From: Deltaproteobacteria bacterium
GTDB taxonomy: Bacteria > SAR324 > NAC60-12
Reading direction: 5' to 3'
Length of the DNA stretch: 33,576 bases
Assembly: GCA_038150265.1 (NCBI GenBank)
Contig: JAYOTF010000009.1
Span: 57,813-91,388 of the forward strand
The stretch's first letter is position 1. Each line of letters opens with the position of its first letter. A program made the position numbers and the translations under genes. The notes beneath the pieces are model-generated. The model did no database searches and was not told the origin of the DNA. It saw only the letters and a program-made list of their open reading frames with translations. This document shows positions 12,006 through 20,795 of the stretch, in pieces.

Positions 12006-14248
12006 GAGATCAGGCGGAATCCGGAGCGCTTGATGTCCGGACGGTCGAGGATTTCGAGGTAGTGCTGGGCCAGCTGGTGGAGGTTTTCTTCTTCAAGGTG
12101 AAAGTCTTCCTCAGACGTGGTTTCCACCAGCTGCGAAAAGTGCAGGCGGGCCTCATAGAGGTTCTTCTGCTGAAACGCGATGGCGCCGAGGTGAAAGAGG
12201 GTGGCCGGTGGGTGCCCCGGAAACTGGAGTGACTGTCGGAAGAAGTCCTGAGCCGTGTCCCACTGGCGGAGTTCAAGATACAGGCGTCCGAGCTCATAGA
12301 GCAGCAGAGCCCGCTCTTCATAGGAGCCGAAGTGGTGTTCCAGCACCCGACGGGCATGAGCCAGGAAGGCTTCCGGATTGTGCCGCCGCCGCTCCCACAT
12401 CGGAAAGCGCAGGGGGCGGATGTTGGCCAGGCGTTGCGCTTCCTGGTCGGAGAGCTTGAGCAAGCGGGCCGTGAGCAGCTGGGTGTAGAGCTGGGCCCGG
12501 AAGCCGGAGTCGGTTCGCAGGACCATGGTGGCGCCGCAGTTCTTGCAGTGGAGCGGTTCCGGAGTCCAGAGGTCGTCCTGCTGAAAGGGCCGCCGCTGCT
12601 CCAGAGCCTCCGGATCGTAGTAGAGGATCTTCAGGTGGTAGTGGTAGGAGGCCCGGCAGGCGAGGCATGAGATGCGAACCGACAGGGGCTGCTGCTCCGA
12701 ATACACCAGGCAGGAAGCGTCAATGGTGTCGGGACACGGCTGCTCGTGAGCGGTGCAGAGCAGGAAGATCAGCTGCGCCAGCCCCTGCTCGCCTTCGCGG
12801 TAGTGCTCCAGCAGCTTGGGGATGAAGCGCACATCGGGCATGCGCTCAATGAGGTCGAAAAACAGCGTGTAGTGCTGGTTCAGCAGAGGCGTGAAGTGCT
12901 CCAGCAGCGTGGCCAGCACCGGCTCAGAGGGCGCCTGCTGAAACAGCTGCAGCGCATAATCGACTTCCTCATGCCGCTCGGCTTCCAGCAGGTCTCCCAG
13001 TGCATCCCCAAATACGGCCGCCAGTTGCTCGTTGAGCAGTGGCAGCTCCAGCTCCCACGGGTGCGGAAGGAGCAAGGGGTAGTTGCACACCTGAGGCTGA
13101 GGCAGCTCCCAGGCCCACAGCAGCAGCAGCTCCTTGGCCGAAAACCGAGGTGCCGCTGGACGCGGCAGGGTGCGGGGCGGGGGCCCTCCGGACTGGATGG
13201 CATGGTGAATGAGCGCGGCGTATTGACTGACCGAGATCAGGGACGAGGCGCTCAGGGCCTGCAGCTCCTCCCAGTGCGCTTCCGGAGGCACCACGGCTTC
13301 CAGCAAGCGGTCGCGCAGTGCTTCCAGCGGAAGGGCGGTCAGCAGCAGCAGCTCGGCCTCCTGAATGCGGATGATCGTCTGGTCCCACTCCGGCTCAATG
13401 AAATCCAGAAATCCTTGCAGCGTTTCAAGCACCAGTTCTCCAGAGGCGGCGCCCCAGTGCTGGGCGGCTTCCTGAAGGAGGCCCAGGAGCGGACGCGGTT
13501 CCGGCTGCTCGCCGAGGGCATCCAGGTGGCGAACGAGCTGCGGAGGCAGGCGGGGAGCCAGGTGCTCAATGGAGCCCATGACGACCTCGTAGAGGGTGCC
13601 AATGCCAGCGCCAGCGTCAAACTGCATCTTGATGAACTCCAGCAGCCCCCGGAAGTCGAACAGGCTGAGGAGGTACTGGGAAAACTGCGGGTCCGTGAAT
13701 TCCTTCCGGAAGTACTGGTAGCGCTCCAGCAGGCACCGGAGGCGCTGGGGGCTGTTGGCCTCCTGGCAGAGCACCTCAAACAGCGTGAGGGCCTTCAGGT
13801 GATTGGTCTGGTGAGCCTGGAGGAACTCCTCCAGGTCGTCCCATGCCTCTGGAAGCCCGGTGTGGAGCCAGGTCCGGGCGGCACACTGCAGCTCGGGGAG
13901 GTTGAGCTCATCGGCATGAAGCAGGCGCTGGAGCCACTGAAACAGAGGCGGGTGGGCGGCTTCGTAGTTGAGCTGCACCAGCGCTTCGGCACACGCGCAC
14001 CGCATGCCTCCGGAGCTTCGCTGAAACAGGCCCAGCAGCTTGAAGGCGTAGCGGTCGTTTCCGCTCCGGTTGATGAGGTGGATGGCCACCTCCCGAATTT
14101 CCGGAAGCGGCGAGTCCAGCATCGACTCAATGAACGGGTCCGGCTCATCGCGCCATTCGTTCAGCAGCTGATACGTCGCCCAGAGCCGGACTCGCTCATG
14201 CTCTGAGGTCAGAAGGTGCTGTAGGGTTTCCAGAGAAAGAATGCGCAT
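12002..14248 (-). CDS. Large helical-repeat protein: N-terminal HEAT-like repeats, CxxC...CxxC Zn ribbon, C-terminal TPRs
   Basis: HEAT-like segments LLTSEHERVRLWA and PEIREVAIHL; CLAC...CKNC; TPR segments LLYELGRLYLELRQWDTAQDFFRQSL and LFHLGAIAFQQKNLYEARLHFSQL. Confidence 0.75.
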   Translation of the reverse strand: MRILSLETLQHLLTSEHERVRLWATYQLLNEWRDEPDPFIESMLDSPLPEIREVAIHLINRSGNDRYAFKLLGLFQRSSGGMRCACAEALVQLNYEAAHPPLFQWLQRLLHADELNLPELQCAARTWLHTGLPEAWDDLEEFLQAHQTNHLKALTLFEVLCQEANSPQRLRCLLERYQYFRKEFTDPQFSQYLLSLFDFRGLLEFIKMQFDAGAGIGTLYEVVMGSIEHLAPRLPPQLVRHLDALGEQPEPRPLLGLLQEAAQHWGAASGELVLETLQGFLDFIEPEWDQTIIRIQEAELLLLTALPLEALRDRLLEAVVPPEAHWEELQALSASSLISVSQYAALIHHAIQSGGPPPRTLPRPAAPRFSAKELLLLWAWELPQPQVCNYPLLLPHPWELELPLLNEQLAAVFGDALGDLLEAERHEEVDYALQLFQQAPSEPVLATLLEHFTPLLNQHYTLFFDLIERMPDVRFIPKLLEHYREGEQGLAQLIFLLCTAHEQPCPDTIDASCLVYSEQQPLSVRISCLACRASYHYHLKILYYDPEALEQRRPFQQDDLWTPEPLHCKNCGATMVLRTDSGFRAQLYTQLLTARLLKLSDQEAQRLANIRPLRFPMWERRRHNPEAFLAHARRVLEHHFGSYEERALLLYELGRLYLELRQWDTAQDFFRQSLQFPGHPPATLFHLGAIAFQQKNLYEARLHFSQLVETTSEEDFHLEEENLHQLAQHYLEILDRPDIKRSGFRLIS

Positions 14249-14332
14249 GAGTCGCTGCAACTCGAGAGTGATCAACCGCTTGGAGGACAAAAAGCCCAAG
14301 ACGGTGCAAGGAGTGATCCCCGCAGGAACGGA

Positions 14333-14827
14333 TTACGTCATCAGGTTTGCCGAATCAATGATCTGCTGACGTTCCAGGTTGAGGCGGTTTTGTTCTTCCG
14401 ACCAGTTCCGGTTTTGTTCCATCTGCCGGTGGGCCCAGCGCATCACCGTCTTGCCAAATTCCTTGGGCAGGCCCAACTGCTTGGCCACCTGAATCAGGAC
14501 GTCCGCCTCCACCTTCTTGAGGTTCCCATCGACGACCGCAATGGACGCAATGTAGAAGAAGAGGCTGGCTCCTGTTTCCAACGGAACCTTGAGGGGTTCA
14601 ATGTCATAAAGCTTCTTCTGCTTGACCAGGGTCATCAGGTTCTGAGCTTCTTCTTTGGAATCAAGGAGGTGGATGGCCTCTTGGAGGGCAATCAGCTCAT
14701 TGGGTTCCACAATGCCATCTGCGACCACAACGCTCCCAATTGCGTTGACGACCCAGTCCCGAATTTCTTTGGAAAGTCCAGTGACAACCTGGTTCGTTAA
14801 CTTGGGGTCCAACCGAAGTACATACAT
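14333..14827 (-). CDS. TerB-family (tellurite resistance-like) protein
   Basis: Two TerB-type motifs, VVADGIVEPNELIAL and AVVDGNLKKVEADVLIQVAKQLGL. GC content is lower than in the neighbours. Confidence 0.75.
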   Translation of the reverse strand: MYVLRLDPKLTNQVVTGLSKEIRDWVVNAIGSVVVADGIVEPNELIALQEAIHLLDSKEEAQNLMTLVKQKKLYDIEPLKVPLETGASLFFYIASIAVVDGNLKKVEADVLIQVAKQLGLPKEFGKTVMRWAHRQMEQNRNWSEEQNRLNLERQQIIDSANLMT

Positions 14828-14976
14828 AAGTTTGAGATTTTTCCAAGGGGAAAAGAAAAAGAAATCAGGAAATCCCCCGAATGTCCACCTGGGGGCTCAA
14901 TTGACTTGCTCCCCACTAGAATAAGGCGTTATATGAGGGTTTTTCAACATCTCACGTACGTCCCAAACGGAGAAAC

Positions 14977-16455
14977 ATGGCAAACACCTGGCAGACCATC
15001 GGAATGAAAGATTCCGGACTTTTTCGAAATCAAGCTTACGTTGACGGTCAATGGGTCAATGCAGACAGCGGAGAGACCGACCCCGTGACCAACCCCGCCA
15101 CCGGAGAGGTCCTGACGACGGTCCCACGCTGTGGAGCTGATGAAACGCGCCGAGCGATTGAAGCCGCCAATGCCGCCTGGCCCGCCTGGCGCAAGAAAAC
15201 CGCCAAGGAGCGGGGCAAGATCATCCGCCGCTGGTACGACCTCATGATGGAAAATCAAGAGGACCTGGCTCGGCTGATGACCGCGGAGCAGGGCAAGCCG
15301 CTGGCCGAGTCGATGGGCGAAATCGTGTATGCGGCGTCCTTCCTCGAGTGGTTTTCGGAAGAGGCCAAGCGGACCTACGGAGAGACGATTCCGACCTACA
15401 ACCAGGACCGCCGCGTCATGGTCGTCAAGGAGCCGGTTGGGGTTTCGGCCTGCATCACCCCCTGGAACTTCCCGGCTGCCATGATCACGCGAAAGGCTGG
15501 ACCTGCCCTGGCGGCCGGCTGCCCCATGATCATCAAGCCGGCTCCGGACACCCCGCTTTCTGCCCTGGCGCTGTGTGAGCTGGCCGAGCGTGCAGGAGTG
15601 CCGAAGGGCATCCTCAGCGCCGTGACCGGAGACGCCATTGCCATCGGTGGAGAGCTGACCTCCAATGCCATTGTCCGCAAGCTCAGCTTCACCGGCTCCA
15701 CCGGCGTGGGGAAGATCCTCATGAAGCAGTGTGCAGACACCATGAAGAAGCTCTCCCTCGAGCTCGGAGGCAACGCGCCGCTGATCGTGTTTGATGATGC
15801 CGACCTTGACGCCGCCGTTCAAGGGGCGATTCAGTGCAAGTTCCGCAACGCGGGACAGACCTGCGTCTGTGCCAACCGCCTGCTGGTGCAAGATGGCATC
15901 TACGACCGCTTCATGGAAGCCTTTGCCGAAGCCGCCAAGCACCTGCGTGTGGGAGACGGCCTGAAGGGGGAAACCGACCAGGGACCGCTCATCAATGCGG
16001 CGGCTGTTGAAAAGGTGGAGAGTCACATTCAGGATGCCGTCAGCAAGGGCGCCCGTGTGCTGGCTGGAGGTCACCGTCACGAAAAAGGAGGCTGCTTCTT
16101 TGAACCCACTGTCCTGGCCGATGTCACCCCGGACATGAAAGTGGCCAAGGAAGAGACCTTCGGACCGCTGGCGCCGGCCTTCCGCTTCAAGACGGAAGAA
16201 GAGGCTTTGCAGATGGCAAATGACACCGAGTTTGGACTCGCTTCCTACTTCTTTACCCGCGACATCGGCCGCGTCTGGCGGGTGGCTGAGGGCCTGGAGT
16301 ATGGCATGGTCGGCATCAACACCGGTGTGATTTCCACCGAAGTCTCGCCGTTTGGCGGAATCAAGGAGTCCGGCATTGGACGAGAAGGTTCCCTCTACGG
16401 CATTGAAGAGTACATGGAAGTCAAGGCCATCCACATGGCTGGAGTCGATCGATAA
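14977..16455 (+). CDS. gabD: NAD(P)-dependent succinate-semialdehyde dehydrogenase
   Basis: ITPWNFP, FTGSTGVGK, LELGGNAP, FRNAGQTCVCANR, EETFGP and PFGGIKESGIGREGS motifs; GGAG RBS. Confidence 0.93.
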   Translation: MANTWQTIGMKDSGLFRNQAYVDGQWVNADSGETDPVTNPATGEVLTTVPRCGADETRRAIEAANAAWPAWRKKTAKERGKIIRRWYDLMMENQEDLARLMTAEQGKPLAESMGEIVYAASFLEWFSEEAKRTYGETIPTYNQDRRVMVVKEPVGVSACITPWNFPAAMITRKAGPALAAGCPMIIKPAPDTPLSALALCELAERAGVPKGILSAVTGDAIAIGGELTSNAIVRKLSFTGSTGVGKILMKQCADTMKKLSLELGGNAPLIVFDDADLDAAVQGAIQCKFRNAGQTCVCANRLLVQDGIYDRFMEAFAEAAKHLRVGDGLKGETDQGPLINAAAVEKVESHIQDAVSKGARVLAGGHRHEKGGCFFEPTVLADVTPDMKVAKEETFGPLAPAFRFKTEEEALQMANDTEFGLASYFFTRDIGRVWRVAEGLEYGMVGINTGVISTEVSPFGGIKESGIGREGSLYGIEEYMEVKAIHMAGVDR

Positions 16456-16464
16456 CTCCCTTCC

Positions 16465-16484
16465 GGGTCCTCGCAAGAGGACCC
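16465..16484 (+). terminator. Stem-loop after gabD (terminator or mRNA-stabilising hairpin)
   Basis: GGGTCCTC-GCAA-GAGGACCC: perfect 8-bp stem with a GNRA loop, but no U-tract. Confidence 0.4.
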
Positions 16485-16556
16485 TCCGACCTGAAAGGGT
16501 GAGGGCCCTGCCCCTCGCCCTGCTGTTCTCGCCGCCTCCTCTGTACCCACAACAAC

Positions 16557-18551
16557 ATGATTGCCAAGCTGCTGATTGCGAATCGGGGCGAAATTGCCTG
16601 TCGGATCATCCGGACCTGTCGTCGATTGGGCATCCGGACCGTTGCCGTCTATTCAGAGGCTGATCGAGACGCCCAACACGTCCGGCAGGCCGATGAAGCC
16701 TGCTGGATCGGCGAGGCTCCGCCGGCGCAGTCGTATTTGCGTGCCGAGCGGATTCTGGATGCTGCGCAGAAGCACCAGGCCGAGGCCGTGCACCCCGGCT
16801 ATGGCTTTTTATCGGAACAGGCGGCCTTTGCTCGTGCGTGTGAAGCGGCGGGCGTGGTCTTTGTTGGCCCTCCGCCAGAGGCCATGGAACGCATGGGCAC
16901 CAAAGATGAGGCCAAGCGCCTGATGGAGGCCGCCGGGGTGCCGGTGGTCCCGGGCTACCATGGCGCCGAGCAGGACCCGGCCTTCCTGCAGCAAGAGGCC
17001 GACCGCATCGGCTACCCTGTGCTCATCAAGGCCGTTTCCGGTGGCGGGGGCAAGGGGATGCGTGTGGTGCCGGAGCCGCTCATGTTTCTCGAAGCGCTGC
17101 GGTCGGCACGTCAGGAGGCCCGGAATGCGTTTGGTGACGACCGCGTGCTGCTGGAACGCTTTGTCTCCGGACCTCGGCACCTGGAGGTTCAGGTTTTTGG
17201 TGACACGCAGGGCCAGGTGGTGCACTGCTTTGAGCGCGAATGCTCCCTGCAGCGGCGCCATCAAAAGGTCGTGGAAGAGGCCCCTTCTGCGTCCATTGAC
17301 GACGCAACCCGGGCCGCCTTGACGGCAGCAGCGGTGCAGGCGGCGCGGGCCGTGGGGTACGTCAATGCCGGAACCGTTGAGTTCATCATGAATGACGACC
17401 GCGAGTTCTTCTTCATGGAAATGAACACGCGCCTGCAGGTGGAGCACCCCGTTACGGAAGCCATCACCGGACACGACCTGGTGGAGTGGCAGCTGCGGGT
17501 GGCCTCCGGAGAGCCTCTTCCGGTGACGCAAGCGCAGCTTCAGCGCTGTGGGCATGCCGTGGAGGTCCGGATTTATGCGGAGCATCCGGAGTCGGGCTTT
17601 CTGCCCAGCACCGGAACCCTGACGCGCCTGCAGCTTCCGGAGTCGGCGCCGGGTGTCCGTGTTGATTCCGGAGTGGTGGCCGGCGATGTCATCTCGCCAT
17701 ACTATGACCCGATGGTGGCCAAGCTCATTGCGTCCGGAAGCACCCGAGCCGAGGCGCTGGAACGGCTTCAGGGGGCTCTGGCTCAGACGCACGCTTCCGG
17801 ACTCCACACCAACCTCGGGTTCCTGCAGACGCTGCTGCGTCAGGAGCCGGTGCAGCAGGCGGAAGCCGATACCCTGTACATTGACCAGCACCTTGACGAC
17901 CTGTTGGCGCCTCCGGAGATCCCGGAGCCCGTTTGCTGGAGCGCTGCGCTGGCGGTCTTGCAGGCCCGCCGTCCTCAGGAGGTGCGTTCGCCGTGGGATC
18001 GCTTCGACAACTGGCGCATCGGTGGGGCCCTGCCGCATCATCTGCGCTTTCATGCTTACGGTGATGAAGCCTCGGTGCAGGTCCACTGGTCGGAGCAAAC
18101 TGCTGAATTTCTAACTGATTCCGGCGCAGTGGACGTGCAGGTGCTGGGTTCCGAGCCCTGGGAACTGCGTTGGGCGGAGGGGGCCTGGAAGGGGCAGGTT
18201 TTCCAGGAAGGCGAAACGCTTTGGGTCCTTCCACAGCAGGGCGCTGGGCAGGGAAGTCGCTTTGCCCTGAAGGTGCTTCCGGATCTTGAAGGCGCGCCTG
18301 CGGGAGAAGAGGAAGGCCTGCGCCTGACCGCTCCCATGCCTGGCAGCGTGACACAGGTGTGGGTGCAGGCGGGAGACGCCGTGAAGCGCGGGCAGCCGCT
18401 GGTGACCATGGAAGCGATGAAGATGGAACACACCCTGACGGCTCCGGAAGACTGCTGGGTGGCCGCCCTGCACTTCCCGGTGGGGGCGCTGGTGCCAGCA
18501 GATGCCCAGTTGGTCACGCTTTCCGAAACCGAACCTCAAGCCGAACCTTAA
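16557..18551 (+). CDS. Biotin-dependent acyl-CoA carboxylase alpha subunit (biotin carboxylase + BCCP; 3-methylcrotonyl-/propionyl-CoA carboxylase type)
   Basis: IANRGEIA, HPGYGFLSE, GGGGKGMR, ERECSLQRRHQKVVEEAP, EMNTRLQVEHPVTE and the biotinylation motif EAMKM. Confidence 0.93.
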   Translation: MIAKLLIANRGEIACRIIRTCRRLGIRTVAVYSEADRDAQHVRQADEACWIGEAPPAQSYLRAERILDAAQKHQAEAVHPGYGFLSEQAAFARACEAAGVVFVGPPPEAMERMGTKDEAKRLMEAAGVPVVPGYHGAEQDPAFLQQEADRIGYPVLIKAVSGGGGKGMRVVPEPLMFLEALRSARQEARNAFGDDRVLLERFVSGPRHLEVQVFGDTQGQVVHCFERECSLQRRHQKVVEEAPSASIDDATRAALTAAAVQAARAVGYVNAGTVEFIMNDDREFFFMEMNTRLQVEHPVTEAITGHDLVEWQLRVASGEPLPVTQAQLQRCGHAVEVRIYAEHPESGFLPSTGTLTRLQLPESAPGVRVDSGVVAGDVISPYYDPMVAKLIASGSTRAEALERLQGALAQTHASGLHTNLGFLQTLLRQEPVQQAEADTLYIDQHLDDLLAPPEIPEPVCWSAALAVLQARRPQEVRSPWDRFDNWRIGGALPHHLRFHAYGDEASVQVHWSEQTAEFLTDSGAVDVQVLGSEPWELRWAEGAWKGQVFQEGETLWVLPQQGAGQGSRFALKVLPDLEGAPAGEEEGLRLTAPMPGSVTQVWVQAGDAVKRGQPLVTMEAMKMEHTLTAPEDCWVAALHFPVGALVPADAQLVTLSETEPQAEP

Positions 18552-18565
18552 GCAGGAGACGACCC

Positions 18566-19135
18566 ATGCACCGCATTGCAACTGAACCCGGAAACCTGGA
18601 CGCCGAACGTCGCCTGGAGGCGGTCCGGCAGACTCCTGCCGAGGTGGTGGTGGTCAGCTCGGCCGATACCGAGCTGGCCGCCCTGGCCCGCATGTGGGGC
18701 CCGCGTCTGGGAAGCCGGCTGCGCCTGATGAACGCCGGCCCGCTTCAGCATCCGGAAGCGGCCGAGCACTATGCCGACCACGTCCTCATGCACGCGCAGG
18801 TGGCGCTCTTTCGTCTGCATGGTGGCAAGGGGTACTTTCCGCACCTGCTGGACGAGCTTCAGCACATCAAGTCTCATGGCGCGACCGTGCGGGCGCTGGT
18901 GCTTCCCGGGACCGACCAGTGGGATCCGGAGCTGATGGAGTACTGCGATTATGCCGAGCCCGTGGTGCGGCAGGTGTTCGACTACTTCCGGGAAGGGGGG
19001 CGAGAGAACCTGCAAACGGCTGCTGAGGCGGTGGAGGCGTTGCTGCGCCACGAGGTGGGCCCCTTTCCGGAGGCGGTTCCGACCCCGACTTTTGGCTGGT
19101 ACGAGCCCTGGCGCGATGCCCCCGCAACGGCCTGA
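18566..19135 (+). CDS. Stand-alone N-terminal domain of cobaltochelatase CobN (189 aa; split gene or remnant)
   Basis: MHRIATEPG...QTPAEVVVVSSADTELAAL...LRLMN...LQHP...LFRLHGGKGYF...LVLPG..QWDPEL...YFREGGRENL matches the CobN N-terminus. AGGAG RBS; stop at 19135. Confidence 0.75.
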   Translation: MHRIATEPGNLDAERRLEAVRQTPAEVVVVSSADTELAALARMWGPRLGSRLRLMNAGPLQHPEAAEHYADHVLMHAQVALFRLHGGKGYFPHLLDELQHIKSHGATVRALVLPGTDQWDPELMEYCDYAEPVVRQVFDYFREGGRENLQTAAEAVEALLRHEVGPFPEAVPTPTFGWYEPWRDAPATA

Positions 19136-19159
19136 GCCCATCCGTCTCGGGAGCTGGCG

Positions 19160-19777
19160 ATGAAGGAACTGCAGCAGATCGAGATTGCGGTGGCACTGGA
19201 CGCGGGTGAGGCTCCGGAAGAAGTGGCACAGCGGTTTCAGGTGCCGTTGCGGGAGGTGCAGCGCATTGCGAGCCTGGCCGAGCCTGAGCCCGAGGCTCCG
19301 GAGCCGGCTGCGAAGCCTCGCAGCGCTTCGGCCCGGCTGAATGAAGTGGAGCGGGCGCTGGTGGTGCAGCAGGTGGCCGAGGGGCACTCGCTGGAAGCCA
19401 CTGCCGAGTCCTTTGGCGTCCGGGCGTCTACGCTGAAGCGCTGGTGCAAGCAGGAAGGCGTGGTGCCCCGTCGCGAGGTTCGGCAGCTCAAGGCGGAAGA
19501 GGTGTGGGAGGTCCGTGAGCTGCTGGAAACCGGCGAGCCCCCGGACGCTGTGGCGCAGGCCTATGCCCTGACCCATGAAGCCGTGACCGAGCTGGCTGAG
19601 CCTCCTCACCGGGACCTGCCCTCGGCCACCCTGGCCTTTCTGCTGGAACTCTTCCGGGAGGACCCGAAGGCCTCCGTGGCCGCCATCTGCCAGGAAGCCC
19701 GGAACTGGGGCATGGACGTGGGGCCGGAAGCCGTGGAGTCCTACCGTCGCAAGCTCAAGCGGTTGGGGCGGCTCTAA
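19160..19777 (+). CDS. Tandem helix-turn-helix protein (about four HTH-like modules)
   Basis: Repeats such as LDAGEAPEEVAQRFQVPLREVQRI, VAEGHSLEATAESFGVRASTLKRW and LETGEPPDAVAQAYALTHEAV, plus a C-terminal module FREDPKASVAAI...VGPEAVESY. Confidence 0.7.
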   Translation: MKELQQIEIAVALDAGEAPEEVAQRFQVPLREVQRIASLAEPEPEAPEPAAKPRSASARLNEVERALVVQQVAEGHSLEATAESFGVRASTLKRWCKQEGVVPRREVRQLKAEEVWEVRELLETGEPPDAVAQAYALTHEAVTELAEPPHRDLPSATLAFLLELFREDPKASVAAICQEARNWGMDVGPEAVESYRRKLKRLGRL

Positions 19778-20793
19778 CTGGAGAAGGCGGGCGCCTGCAA
19801 CCGGGTGGTCCGCTCCAACAGGTCCACGCCCTGCTGCTTGAGCCACCAGAGGAGGTCAATGAAGACCCAGTTTTCGGCCAGCTTGTCTCCTTCCCGTCGA
19901 TAAAGATCCACCACCCGCATGTCGGCAGCAATGGAGCTGGCCGGCAGTCCCAAAAATCCTCCGCAGGGCTGGTTCGTCAGGTTGGGCCACCCGAAGAATC
20001 CTGCATAATTGCCTTCAGCCAGGCGGCAAAGGTGGCCGTTGAAGGTCTTGCCCTGAAGGCCACTCCGGAAGGGGTACTGGTGCTGTTCCTGGTAGCGTTC
20101 AATCGTGTAGGTGGCACCGATCCCGGCTGGGCCATACCAGACCATGTCGGAGTGCCACGTCCGGGCCAGGTACTCCGGAGGCGGAAAGTCGTTGCCGCTC
20201 TGGTTGAGGGCGCTCAGGTCGGCAATCATGCGGTTCACCAGCGCCAGCGTTTGGGTGGATTCCTCCGGATCCTGTGGCGCAAGGAGCAGGCCGTCGTGGG
20301 TGCGTGGGCCGGGGTAGACCAACGAGGCTCCGGTTTGCGGAGGGAGCGGCGAGAGGCCGAGCTGGTGCATCACGCCAATGAGGTCGCAGAAGAAAGAAGC
20401 CCGGGTGATCCGTCCGGAGGTGATCTGGTGAAACTCGGCATACCGCAGGCAGGTGAGCTTGCGGGGCGGAGGGAGTCCCAGCCACGGACGGTCGAGCAGG
20501 CCCATGAAGTGCCCCATGCTGATGACCCAGTCGGTGCCATCGATTTCACTGGTGCCGGCGAGGAAGATGTCCAGACGCCGCTGGACGCTTCCCCAGGATT
20601 GAAGGAAGGGCTTCCAGAAGGCATCAGCGATGGCTGCGCAGCCGTGCTGCTCATGAAAGGGATAAACGCCGTACCACTGCGTGGTGTCGCTGTGGTAACG
20701 CGCCAGGGTCGCCTCGACGGTTTCCGGAGTCGCGGTGCTGAGGTCGTGATAATAGTTCTGGATGAGCGATTTGAGAGGCTGATAGTCGGGCAT
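19774..20793 (-). CDS. Tandem SnoaL/NTF2-like (ester cyclase family) protein, 339 aa
   Basis: Two SnoaL-like halves (LRYAEFHQITSGRI; MRVVDLYRREGDKLAENWVFIDL) and WYGPAGIG. ATG 20793 lies 2 nt after the upstream stop. Confidence 0.85.
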   Translation of the reverse strand: MPDYQPLKSLIQNYYHDLSTATPETVEATLARYHSDTTQWYGVYPFHEQHGCAAIADAFWKPFLQSWGSVQRRLDIFLAGTSEIDGTDWVISMGHFMGLLDRPWLGLPPPRKLTCLRYAEFHQITSGRITRASFFCDLIGVMHQLGLSPLPPQTGASLVYPGPRTHDGLLLAPQDPEESTQTLALVNRMIADLSALNQSGNDFPPPEYLARTWHSDMVWYGPAGIGATYTIERYQEQHQYPFRSGLQGKTFNGHLCRLAEGNYAGFFGWPNLTNQPCGGFLGLPASSIAADMRVVDLYRREGDKLAENWVFIDLLWWLKQQGVDLLERTTRLQAPAFSS

Positions 20794-20795
20794 GG

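Noticed and set aside
7505..18098. Long antisense ORFs (7505-8935, 12746-14206, 14944-16476, 16809-18098)
   Set aside because: Each lies opposite a well-supported gene and has no family motif.
19160..19777. Active IS element
   Set aside because: No catalytic DDE/HUH domain, terminal inverted repeats or target duplication seen.
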